From assembly GCA_030754595.1 (NCBI GenBank), contig JASLZZ010000084.1:1-64000 (forward strand): 64,000 nucleotides of DNA, given 5' to 3'. Below the pieces are notes generated by a model that ran no database searches, was not told the DNA's origin, and saw only the letters and a list, made by a program, of their open reading frames with translations. This DNA is from Nitrospinota bacterium. GTDB lineage: Bacteria > UBA8248. Below are positions 30,918-39,986 of the stretch, one piece after another (the first letter of the stretch is position 1; each line of letters begins with the position of its first letter). The translations under genes were made by a program, and so were the position numbers.

Positions 30918-31895
30918 CTAAGCGTAATTCAGCGCTATTCTTGCGGCGGCGGCGATCTTTTCTGTGCTCGGGAGAACGAACGCTTCCATTTTAGGCTGAA
31001 CGGGTATCGGCGCGTTCAGCGCGGCCACCCGTTCGATGGGCGCCTTGAGCGAGCCGAACAACACGGCCTGAAGGGCGGCGGCGATCTCGGCGCCCACTCC
31101 CCCGTGGAGGTGTCCCTCCTCAACCACGACGCATCGCCCCGTCTTGCCCGCGGAGGCCGCCAGCCCCTCGGTGTCGAGCGGTGAGATCGTCCGGGGGTCA
31201 ATCACCTCGGCGCTGATGCCGTCCGCGGCCAGCGCCTCCGCAGCCTCCATGCATTTCGGCACCTGTGAGCCCACGCCGATGAGGGTGATGTCCGAGCCCT
31301 CGCGCTTCACCGCGGCCTTTCCGAACGGAACAGCGACATCCCCCTCCGGCACAGGGCCCTCCAACGGGTAGAGCGAGCGGTACTCGGTGAAGATGACCGG
31401 GTTGTCGTCGCGGATGGCGGTCTTGAGCAGTCCTTTTGCGTCCGCCGCGTCGCTCGGGACGGCCACCTTGAGCCCCGGTATTTTCATGAACCAGCTCTCA
31501 AGGCTCTGGCTGTGCGTCGGGCCGTTCTGGACGCCGCCGCCCTGGGGGGTGCGGATGACGAGGGGAACCGAAACCTGCCCGCCCAGCATGTAGCGAAGTT
31601 TTGGCGCCTGGTTCGCAATGGGGTCGATAGCCACCAGGGTGAAATCCACAAGCCGCATATCCAGAACGGGCCTATAGCCCGCCATCGCGGCCCCGACAGC
31701 GGCGCCCGTGAAGCCGAGTTCGCTGATCGGAGTGTTGCGGACGCGGGCCTTCCCGAACCTATCCGCCAGTTCCGCCGTCAGCGGGGAGACCGATGGGGTC
31801 GATACATCCTCGCCCATCACGAAGACTTTTTCGTCGCGCTCCATCTCCTCGCGGAGCGCCTCGGTAATCGCTTCTGAAAATTTTATGTTCGGCAT
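30918..31895 (-). CDS. 2-oxoacid/acetoin dehydrogenase E1 beta subunit
   Basis: GEDV, NTPISE, HSQSLE, DAKGLLK.AIRDDNPV. Confidence 0.92.
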   Translation of the reverse strand: MPNIKFSEAITEALREEMERDEKVFVMGEDVSTPSVSPLTAELADRFGKARVRNTPISELGFTGAAVGAAMAGYRPVLDMRLVDFTLVAIDPIANQAPKLRYMLGGQVSVPLVIRTPQGGGVQNGPTHSQSLESWFMKIPGLKVAVPSDAADAKGLLKTAIRDDNPVIFTEYRSLYPLEGPVPEGDVAVPFGKAAVKREGSDITLIGVGSQVPKCMEAAEALAADGISAEVIDPRTISPLDTEGLAASAGKTGRCVVVEEGHLHGGVGAEIAAALQAVLFGSLKAPIERVAALNAPIPVQPKMEAFVLPSTEKIAAAARIALNYA

Positions 31896-31951
31896 CGTCG
31901 CCTCTCGGATAACAGCGGTTTGATTAGGAACTCGAGTTGAAAATCGATCGA

Positions 31952-32899
31952 TCAGGCAAAAATATCCTCCAGCGCCATTTCGGGTTCAGGCTCAGGACTC
32001 GCCTCGGCGAACGCCACCGCCTCGGCCAACTCTTTCTCGACCGCCGCCCGGTGGCCCTCGGCCTCCGCTTCGGAGAGCCCGAACAGCCTCCCGGCTACCG
32101 TCAGCGGATCGCGCGCCTTCCACTCGTTCCATTCCTCCTCGTCCCGGTAGGAGCCGAATTTCTTGTCGAGGCGGGAGTGCCCGTAGTAGCGGTAGGTCTT
32201 CGCCTCGATCAGGGAGGGCCCCTCGCCCGCCCGCGCCCGCTTCACCGCCTCGGCCACCGCCTCGTGGACGGCGAGGACGTCCATGCCGTCCACGGTGACG
32301 CCGGGTGCGCCGTAGCCCTGGGCGCGGGTGGAAATGTCTTCGACCGAAGTGGAGTATTCGGCACGGGTGGAGGAGGCGAAATGGTTGTTCTCGCAGAAAA
32401 AAACGACCGGGAGCTTCCAGATGGCGCAAAGGTTCATCGATTCGTGAAACGCACCCTGGTTCGAGGCCCCGTCCCCGAAAAACGGCACCGCCACCTGGCC
32501 TCGGCCGTTGAGCTGGAAGGCGAGGCCAATCCCGGCGGCCATCGGCATGTTCGAGCCCACGATGGAATGCGCTCCGTAGTGGCCCTTCGATACGTCGGCG
32601 ATGTGCATCGAGCCGCCCTTGGCGTGGCAGAGCCCGGCCGTTTTCCCGAAGAGTTCGGCCATCATTTCAGGCAGCCGTGTTCCCTTGGCTATCGAATGGC
32701 CGTGCCCCCTGTGGGTGGTCAGAATTGCATCGTCGTCGTTCAGAGCCGAGCACACACCGACCGAGCAGGCTTCCTGGCCCGCGCTCACGTGGATGCCGCC
32801 CCGGATGATTCCTCCCTTCTCGAAAAGCTCTTGCGCCGTTTCCTCGAAACGGCGTATCCGCACCATCGTGCGGTACATCTCGCCCAGCTTTTCCCTCAT
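31952..32899 (-). CDS. 2-oxoacid/acetoin dehydrogenase E1 alpha subunit
   Basis: GQEA, THRGHGH, KGGSMH, GDGASNQG.FHE, TYRYYGHS. Confidence 0.92.
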   Translation of the reverse strand: MREKLGEMYRTMVRIRRFEETAQELFEKGGIIRGGIHVSAGQEACSVGVCSALNDDDAILTTHRGHGHSIAKGTRLPEMMAELFGKTAGLCHAKGGSMHIADVSKGHYGAHSIVGSNMPMAAGIGLAFQLNGRGQVAVPFFGDGASNQGAFHESMNLCAIWKLPVVFFCENNHFASSTRAEYSTSVEDISTRAQGYGAPGVTVDGMDVLAVHEAVAEAVKRARAGEGPSLIEAKTYRYYGHSRLDKKFGSYRDEEEWNEWKARDPLTVAGRLFGLSEAEAEGHRAAVEKELAEAVAFAEASPEPEPEMALEDIFA

Positions 32900-32969
32900 A
32901 AAAACTCCCTTGGAATCAGGCACGAATATCTCCTCTCGAAAAACCAAAAATTTCGATCATTGGCACAGA

Positions 32970-34148
32970 CTATCCCCCCGTCCCGAAGCGGTCCATCCAC
33001 CAGTCGGCGATCCAGTTGCCGCACATGGAGAGATTGTCGAAACAGCAGTGCTGGCTGCCGCCGTCCTCGACCCGGAAAATCTTGAGTTCTTTTTCGAGCG
33101 AGCCGCAGGCCGCGTAGAGGCGGTGGGCCATATCGACGGGGACAATGTTGTCGTCCTCGCCATGGGTAATGCAGATGGGCATCCGGATATTCTCGGCGAC
33201 GCCGTCGAGGGTGTAGGCCCGGCATTTTTCCATGGCGGCGTCCATGTCGGGCATGCCAAGGACCCAGGGAAGCTGCCAGATGGCCGAGGAGGAGACGGTG
33301 CCGCCGGCCTCAAGGACCTTGCGGCGGTGGAGCCAGACCTCGTGGTAGTCGAAGTGGGCGCCCCAGGTGAGGCAGGCGGCGTAGCGGTGCTCAAAGGCGG
33401 CGATGCGCGGGGCGTAGTAGCCGCCCATGCTCATCGCCATGACGCCGATGCGGGAGGAATCGACCCCCTCTCGGGCGTCGAGGTAATCGAAAGCCGCCGT
33501 ACCGGGGACCTCGTAATCCGGGCGGCTGGGGATTTTGCCGAGACGCAGGGTTTCACCCTGGCCGGGGCCGTCCACGCAGAGCACCCCGATGCCGCGCTCG
33601 CTGAGGAAGCGCCCTCCCCAAAGGACGGTGAATTCCTTCGAGGCGTCGAGGCCGTCGAAGAAGGCGATAGCCGGGTCGTTTCCGGTCGGGTTGAGGGGCG
33701 GTATCCACCAGGCGGGGAGCGGTCCCTCCTCGTAGGGGACTTCGACGCGCTCGAAGCCGGGAGTCTGAAGTTTCATCCCTTTTTCGTAGTGGGGGAGCAT
33801 CTCGCGGTAGGAGGCGGCTTTTCTCGGGTCCTCGGGGTGGACGAAGCGCTCGCAGGTGAAGCGGTAGATGGCGCTCCGGACGTAGGCCCCGGCGGCTGTG
33901 CGAGCGTGGCCCTTTTTCTCTTCGGCCTCGGCGAGGGCGAGGACCTTGTCGGCCATATCGATCCAGGCGTCGTGCCAGGCCTCTCCGTCGCCCACCTTGT
34001 CCTGGAGACGCTTTCCGATCTGATCCACCTCGTAGAAGGAGGTTCCCCCTAACGGGGCGAGGTTGATCTCACTGCACATGATCTGGGACCAGAGGTAGTG
34101 CTCGGGGAAGTATCTGAACCACGATCCTGCGATTTCCTCGGCGCTCAT
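32970..34148 (-). CDS. Alpha/beta hydrolase, FrsA/2,6-dihydroxypseudooxynicotine hydrolase-like
   Basis: FDGLDASKE, DGPGQGE, AMSMGGYYAPR, HGEDD, GGSQHC. Confidence 0.88.
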   Translation of the reverse strand: MSAEEIAGSWFRYFPEHYLWSQIMCSEINLAPLGGTSFYEVDQIGKRLQDKVGDGEAWHDAWIDMADKVLALAEAEEKKGHARTAAGAYVRSAIYRFTCERFVHPEDPRKAASYREMLPHYEKGMKLQTPGFERVEVPYEEGPLPAWWIPPLNPTGNDPAIAFFDGLDASKEFTVLWGGRFLSERGIGVLCVDGPGQGETLRLGKIPSRPDYEVPGTAAFDYLDAREGVDSSRIGVMAMSMGGYYAPRIAAFEHRYAACLTWGAHFDYHEVWLHRRKVLEAGGTVSSSAIWQLPWVLGMPDMDAAMEKCRAYTLDGVAENIRMPICITHGEDDNIVPVDMAHRLYAACGSLEKELKIFRVEDGGSQHCCFDNLSMCGNWIADWWMDRFGTGG

Positions 34149-34381
34149 CGGGTATCTCCTTCAAAATTGGGCTGTTACCGCCGGAGGGGCTCCCCGGTAC
34201 TCCTCTGGAATAATTCGGTCTCTCGATTACTCCGAAATAGATTGTTTTTGATCTTTACATTTAAGGGTGTTACCGTAATACCTAATCTTTATAACTTATG
34301 CCACCTGCAACGGGGAGGTGGACGATGCACCCGGTCTTGGGAACCAAGGCAAATCAACAGGACATATGGGGAGGAAGAGGT

Positions 34382-35920
34382 ATGCGCAGACTGGTCGTTA
34401 TTTTATTGGTTTTGGCGCTGGGCGTCTTCAGCGTTTCCTGGACGGTCGAGGCAGCGTCGAAGGGTTCGGTAACGATCGCCCTGTCGGGCGAGCCGCCCAC
34501 GATGGACCCGCACCGCACGTCGAATTTCGTTGGCGCCATGGTTTGGCGCTGGCCCTATGACACTCTGCTTTCGAGGGAGACGGGCACGGGTAAAATCATT
34601 CCCTGGCTGGCGGAGAAATACGAACTGCTTGAGGGGACAAAGAAGATCAAGTTCTGGCTCCGCAAGGACGCGGTTTTCTCCGACGGCTCTCCCGTCACAT
34701 CGAAGGCGATGGTCTGGTCAATCAGCCGCGTGCTCAAGGCCGCCCGGCAGAAGAAGTATTTCTCCTCGTTCGACCGGATAGAGATCATCGACGATAAGAC
34801 CTTCATCTGGCACAACAAGACGCACGACAACGGCGTCCTGTCCCGGGTCACCCGCTGGGCGGGCCTGATGAGTCTCAACGCCAAGGGCAAGAAAAAGGCC
34901 CATCTTTCGCGGAACACCTACGGCTCGGGCCCCTACGTCCTCAAGTCCTGGACCAAAGGCAACAAGATGGTGTTTGTGGCGAACAAGAAGTGGTGGGGCA
35001 GGAAGCAGTTCCCCGATATGCCGAATACGGTTGTCCTCAGGCGAATCAAGGAAGCGGCGACGCGCGTGAAGGCGCTTGAAGCCGGCGAGGTCGACGTTGC
35101 CTGGGGCGTGCTTCCGCAGTTTGTCAAGGCCCTCCAGAAGAACCCGAAAACGAACGTGAAGGCCGTTCCGGCCGTCCGGATTATGTTCCTGAGCTTCTTC
35201 TCCAAGCACGGCGGCCCGTTCGCGAACCAGAAGGTTCGTCTCGCGGTAAACTATGCCATCGACGATGCGCTCATCCGCAAGACGATCCTGGGCGGGCGTG
35301 CCGATGCCATCGGTGGTCAGCTCCATCCCTGGAACTTCTCGGGCTATAACCCGAAGCGGAAGTGGTGGGGCTACGATGTGGCGAAGGCTAAGAGCCTGCT
35401 GAAAGAGGCCGGCTACGGGAATGGTTTCAAGGCCGAACTCATCGCGACGAACGGCCGCTACCCGGGCGACAAGCCGACCTGCGAGGCCATCGCCGGAATG
35501 CTCAAGAAAATCAAGATCAACGCTACCTGTAACTCACAGCGGTTCCCGCTCTTTAAGAAGTATCACCGCGCCTATCAGGCCGGAAAACGGAAGGGCGCCG
35601 CGATGTACTACATGGGATTTGGCAACGGCGGCGGCGAGCCTGGCCTCTTGTTCTCGGGCACGACAATGTGCGGCGGCGCTTGGAGCGGTCACTGCTTCAA
35701 GGATATCGACGCCCAGGTGATGAAGGCGAATGCCGAGCCCAATCCCAAAAAGCAGCATGCGGAGTATGACAAAGTAACCGGGATGACGAAGGCGAAAGCC
35801 ACGGCCAAGGTCGTGGCGAAGATTCACGACGTGCTCGGGTACAGCAACCGGATCAACTGGACCCCCCGGCACGACGAGACGCTGTATCCCTGGGAAATCA
35901 GCATGAAGGCGACGAACTAG
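34382..35920 (+). CDS. ABC transporter substrate-binding protein, family 5 (DppA/OppA-like)
   Basis: Signal peptide, EPPTMDPH, FSDGSPVT, GSGPY, VRLAVNYAID, AKSLLKEAGY. Confidence 0.9.
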   Translation: MRRLVVILLVLALGVFSVSWTVEAASKGSVTIALSGEPPTMDPHRTSNFVGAMVWRWPYDTLLSRETGTGKIIPWLAEKYELLEGTKKIKFWLRKDAVFSDGSPVTSKAMVWSISRVLKAARQKKYFSSFDRIEIIDDKTFIWHNKTHDNGVLSRVTRWAGLMSLNAKGKKKAHLSRNTYGSGPYVLKSWTKGNKMVFVANKKWWGRKQFPDMPNTVVLRRIKEAATRVKALEAGEVDVAWGVLPQFVKALQKNPKTNVKAVPAVRIMFLSFFSKHGGPFANQKVRLAVNYAIDDALIRKTILGGRADAIGGQLHPWNFSGYNPKRKWWGYDVAKAKSLLKEAGYGNGFKAELIATNGRYPGDKPTCEAIAGMLKKIKINATCNSQRFPLFKKYHRAYQAGKRKGAAMYYMGFGNGGGEPGLLFSGTTMCGGAWSGHCFKDIDAQVMKANAEPNPKKQHAEYDKVTGMTKAKATAKVVAKIHDVLGYSNRINWTPRHDETLYPWEISMKATN

Positions 35921-35943
35921 TCCGCCTCACTAGGGTGTAATCG

Positions 35944-35979
35944 CGCGGGGGGCCGGTTTCGGCCCCCCGCGTTTTTTTT
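35944..35979 (+). terminator. Rho-independent terminator
   Basis: Perfect 12-bp GC stem CGCGGGGGGCCG/CGGCCCCCCGCG, GTTT loop, T8 tail. Confidence 0.9.
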
Positions 35980-36003
35980 GACACTGCGCAAGAGGGAGTC
36001 CGA

Positions 36004-37194
36004 ATGACACTCGAGAAAGATCATCCCCGCCACTCGAAAGAAGAGTATCGCCGCCGCTACCGCGAGATCAGAAAGCGGATGCGCGAACGAAGGCTCGATG
36101 TTCTCGTCATGTACGGCGACTCGGGCAGTCACGGCGGCAACCAGGCCAGCATCAAGTATGTGTCGAACTACAAGGACCCGGTCAGCAGTTTTATCGTCTT
36201 CCCGCTCAAGGGCGATCCCGCTCTTTACATGTCGAACCGCCTTTATCTGCCCTACGCGAAGCAGATGAGCGTCATCCGGCGGACCGAGGCGGTCGACTAC
36301 GACCCCGGCGGCAAGGTCGAGCGGAGGCTCCGCGAACTGGGACTCGAGAAGGCAGCGATCGGGGTTGTCGGCTACCGGGGAATTCTCCAGACCTCGATTC
36401 CCTTCAGCGTGATGGACCACTGGCGGCGCGAACTCAAGGGGGCCTCTTTCATCGAGGCGACCGATCTCCTCCACGAGGTCCGTGCCATCAAGAGCAAGGA
36501 GGAGTTGAAATGGTTCCGCAAGGGCGCCGCCCTGACGGACATGGCATTCGAAGCGCTGGATAAAAAAGCCCGCGAGGGGATGACCGACTACGAACTGGCG
36601 GCGGTGGTGTCGAACGGTTACATGCCCAGCGGCGGCGGACAACAGCTCATCTTCGTCGGCTCCACCTCGATGGCCCGGCCTCACCTGATCTTTCCGAACC
36701 AGTTCCCTACCCACAGAAAGACCCGGAAAGGCGACATCGTTTTGACCGAACTCTCGGCCGACTATTATATGCACTCCGGGCAGGCGCACCGTCCGATCGT
36801 GGTGGGCGCGAAACCCACCCCCATCTATCGAAAGCTCTACGATGTGTCCGTCGAGGCCTACGAACGGATTCTCAGGGCAGTCAAACCAGGCGCGGGTCAC
36901 GAGGATGTGCGCAGGGCGGGCGCGATCATCGGCGAAGAGGGGTTCACCACCTTCGACACCACCTTCCACGGGTGGGGACTACTAATCGAAAATCCCCGGG
37001 TGGACGTTGACGCCACTATTATCAAGCGACCTCAGAACGAAGTCGTATTCAAGGAGGGGATGTTGATGGTGATCCAGCCCAATGTCCTGACGGCGGACGG
37101 CAGGCGCGGCCTCCAGGTGGGAAATCTCGTCGAGGTGACGAAAACCGGTGCGCGCTCGCTTCAGAAATTTCCCATGAAATTCATGCGGATTTAG
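36004..37194 (+). CDS. M24 (creatinase/Xaa-Pro peptidase) fold protein with degenerate metal ligands
   Basis: EEYRRRY, RAIKSKEE, GDIVLTE, FHGWG, GMLMVIQPN. Confidence 0.8.
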   Translation: MTLEKDHPRHSKEEYRRRYREIRKRMRERRLDVLVMYGDSGSHGGNQASIKYVSNYKDPVSSFIVFPLKGDPALYMSNRLYLPYAKQMSVIRRTEAVDYDPGGKVERRLRELGLEKAAIGVVGYRGILQTSIPFSVMDHWRRELKGASFIEATDLLHEVRAIKSKEELKWFRKGAALTDMAFEALDKKAREGMTDYELAAVVSNGYMPSGGGQQLIFVGSTSMARPHLIFPNQFPTHRKTRKGDIVLTELSADYYMHSGQAHRPIVVGAKPTPIYRKLYDVSVEAYERILRAVKPGAGHEDVRRAGAIIGEEGFTTFDTTFHGWGLLIENPRVDVDATIIKRPQNEVVFKEGMLMVIQPNVLTADGRRGLQVGNLVEVTKTGARSLQKFPMKFMRI

Positions 37195-37285
37195 AAAAAA
37201 AGCAGGTTTTACAGTGGGTTTGCAAGCGGGGCCGCAGCGTTTTCGTTCCGTTTGGGGCTGCTCAATGTCATCTCCTTGAAGTTGC

Positions 37286-38689
37286 CTAAATCTTCCAGGC
37301 GACCCCCGCGATTTGCCACCAGAAGAGCGTCGCCGTCAGGGTAGTGGCGAAGGCTATCGCGGTCATGAACATTCCGAACCGGAAGATCTCTCCCGCGGTT
37401 AAATGCCCCCGTTCGTAGACGGCGAGGCTGCTCGGACTCTGCGCCGGGTAGAACAGGATCGAATCTCCCATCAGAAGAACACCGAGGGCGCACACGAGCG
37501 GGTTCAGGCCGCCGCCCTGGCCGATCTCGATGGCAATCGGAATCGTGATGGCGAGGTAGCCGGTGATGTTGGGAACTAGAATCCGCACCGGAACGCTCAC
37601 CGCCAAAATAACGGCGAAGAGGAAATACGGCCGCTCGGCGATGGCCGGGGCCAGTTGCAGCAAAGTGAAGGCCAGCCATTTCGCAGCCCCGGTGTGTACC
37701 ATCGTCCAGCCGAGGGAAAGCGAGGCGCCCAGGAGAAAAAACGTCGCCCATGAAAACCTCGTCTCGAAGTCATTCCATTCGAGCACGCCGACGCCGGGGG
37801 CGAGGAGGAGCGCCCAGGCCATCATCGCCGGCACCGCGGGGTGAAGGCCGTGGATCGGGTCCGAGAGCCAGAGCGCCGAGGCCATGAGAATGATCAGGGC
37901 GGTTCGGATCTCGCCGCTTTTTAAGGGAGTTTTTTCGGCTTCAGGGAGGTCGAGCCGGACGCTCTCGCCGCGCATGTACCAGAGGTAAAGGAATAACGAG
38001 CCGATGAACAGCGTCAGATAGTAGGGAACGCCCAGAAGGAGAAACCACCGGCCCCATCCCATCCCCCCGATCAGCGAGGCGGCCACGATTGAGGTCATTC
38101 CGCCGGTGAGAAGGGCCGAGGAGGCGAGGCGGTTCAGAGAATGAAGCGCCATCATGACGGCGCGGGCGACGGGTGCCCCTTTCTTAACGCCGGTGAGCGT
38201 GAAGGTGCGGTCGAAAACTTCGGCGAGAATGAGAGACCGGCTGTTCGCCGAGGGCATGATCAGCGCCATCGGCGGAAACGAGACCACCATGAACCAGAAT
38301 AGCGGGCCGCTCTTTCCGCCCGAGAGGCGAAGAAAGAAACGGCCGATTCGCTCGGCGAGGCCGACGCGCTCGACGGCGATGGCGATGGTGAATACGCCGA
38401 TGAGGAAAAAAATCACGGGCTGTGAGAAACCGACAAGAGCCTCGCTCACCGACGAGGAGGCCCCCGTCAGAATCAGCAGCAGGATAACCAGCCCGCCGGT
38501 CAGCCCCGCCGGAAGGATTTCGCTTGTCCAGAGGACGACCGCCGCCGCCGCGACGAGCAGCGTCCGGTAGCCCGGCACCGAAAGACCGGTTGGCGGGGGA
38601 AGAAACAGACAGATGAAAAACGCTAAAAGAAGAAGTGGGGGCAGGCGGCCGAAAGCGCCCGCGCGGGCGGTGTGAACCGTTTGGCTCAT
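37286..38689 (-). CDS. DASS/SLC13-family anion transporter
   Basis: LWTSEILP, GLAERIG, MPSANSR, W.TFFLLGASLSLG; many TM segments; start taken at MSQTVH. Confidence 0.8.
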   Translation of the reverse strand: MSQTVHTARAGAFGRLPPLLLLAFFICLFLPPPTGLSVPGYRTLLVAAAAVVLWTSEILPAGLTGGLVILLLILTGASSSVSEALVGFSQPVIFFLIGVFTIAIAVERVGLAERIGRFFLRLSGGKSGPLFWFMVVSFPPMALIMPSANSRSLILAEVFDRTFTLTGVKKGAPVARAVMMALHSLNRLASSALLTGGMTSIVAASLIGGMGWGRWFLLLGVPYYLTLFIGSLFLYLWYMRGESVRLDLPEAEKTPLKSGEIRTALIILMASALWLSDPIHGLHPAVPAMMAWALLLAPGVGVLEWNDFETRFSWATFFLLGASLSLGWTMVHTGAAKWLAFTLLQLAPAIAERPYFLFAVILAVSVPVRILVPNITGYLAITIPIAIEIGQGGGLNPLVCALGVLLMGDSILFYPAQSPSSLAVYERGHLTAGEIFRFGMFMTAIAFATTLTATLFWWQIAGVAWKI

Positions 38690-38944
38690 TTCCGGTTCTC
38701 CGGTAAAAACATAATCTCGCCTCCTTTTCCCTCTGCCGGGGCTTCCGCCGAGGGAAATGGGTTTTGTCGATGAGTCTATTGGGGATTCTAACGCCTTCGA
38801 GCGGGCGAATCGATCCGGCCGCGTAAGAAGCTTCTCCGGAACGGTTGACACGGCGTGGGCGGGCTCGTTCATACTCGGGTTTCGAGTCTTGAGTCTCGGG
38901 CCTTTTCGGACCCGGCCCTATTTCCATGAATTCGGGGAGCGAAT

Positions 38945-39931
38945 ATGCCGTTCGAGCGCGACGAAAGTGACCTCGTCGAAGTGTATTACGAAAAAGGTTG
39001 GACGGACGGGCTTCCCGTCGTGCCCCCGACGCGAGAGAAGGTGGACGCCCTGCTTCGGGCGGGCGGTCTTCCCGCGGACGACGTCCTCGGAGAAATCGCA
39101 CCCAATTACGGCGCCGCCACCGGCGAGAAGGTCGCGATCAACGCTGTGATGGCGGGCTGCGCTCCCGAGCATATGCCCCTTGTCGTCTCGGGCGTCCGTA
39201 TCATGGCGGACAAGGAATTCAACCTTCACGCGATCGGGGGAATGACCGATTCCGCCTCGCCCCTCGTCATCGTCAACGGGCCCGCCCGAGAAGCGGGGGG
39301 CATTAACTGCGGAAACGGGGTTTTCGGGAACGGAACGCGCGGGAACGCCGTCGTCGGCCGAGCGTTGATGCTGGTGCTCGCCAACATCGGGGGTTCGCGG
39401 CCGGGCGGGATTTCCCGGACGATGTTCGGCTCGCCGGCAAGGTACTCCTACTGCATCGGCGAGAACGAGGAGGAAAGCCCCTGGGAGCCGCTTCACGTAG
39501 AGCGCGGGATCGAAGCTGGCCGGGGGGCGGTGACGATGCTCCCCTGCGAGTCGCCCCACGAGATTCGGATCGAGGGGGTGACTAAGGCGGAGGAGATGGC
39601 CGATATCCTGGGGCGCTCGATGTGCAGCGTCTGGTCGGCGAACAAGCATCATATTCACATCAGCGGGGTGATTCTGGCGCTGGGGCCGATGCATGCGGCC
39701 GTGTTCGGAGGCGCGGGCTGGAGCAAGGCTGCTACGCGGAACGTTATTTTTCAGTCTGCGATTATGCCCGACGAGGAAAACGGCTCCCCTTTGCGAAAGT
39801 TTTTGTCGCCCGAGGCTATTACGATAATCGTGGCGGGCGGCGCAGGTGGAATTTACAGCATGCTCTTGCCCGGCATCGCAGACTACATGGGGACGAACAT
39901 GGTCACCCGGCCGGTCGAGCCCGCGGGGTAG
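38945..39931 (+). CDS. Conserved uncharacterised protein of the type found beside UGSC-family genes
   Basis: GWTDGLPVVPPT, EKVAINAVMAGC, RGNAVVGRAL, ENEEESPWEPLHVERG; 55 nt upstream of the UGSC gene; the association is from recall. Confidence 0.75.
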   Translation: MPFERDESDLVEVYYEKGWTDGLPVVPPTREKVDALLRAGGLPADDVLGEIAPNYGAATGEKVAINAVMAGCAPEHMPLVVSGVRIMADKEFNLHAIGGMTDSASPLVIVNGPAREAGGINCGNGVFGNGTRGNAVVGRALMLVLANIGGSRPGGISRTMFGSPARYSYCIGENEEESPWEPLHVERGIEAGRGAVTMLPCESPHEIRIEGVTKAEEMADILGRSMCSVWSANKHHIHISGVILALGPMHAAVFGGAGWSKAATRNVIFQSAIMPDEENGSPLRKFLSPEAITIIVAGGAGGIYSMLLPGIADYMGTNMVTRPVEPAG

Positions 39932-39986
39932 ACAGAAGTCCCCGGAGCGGCAGGCAGGCGCGGATTTTTTTCTGAAGGAGAGGATT

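Noticed and set aside
38845..38875. TTGACA...CATACT promoter candidate for the UGSC operon
   Set aside because: 19-nt spacer and no clear dyad operator; not supportable without transcript data
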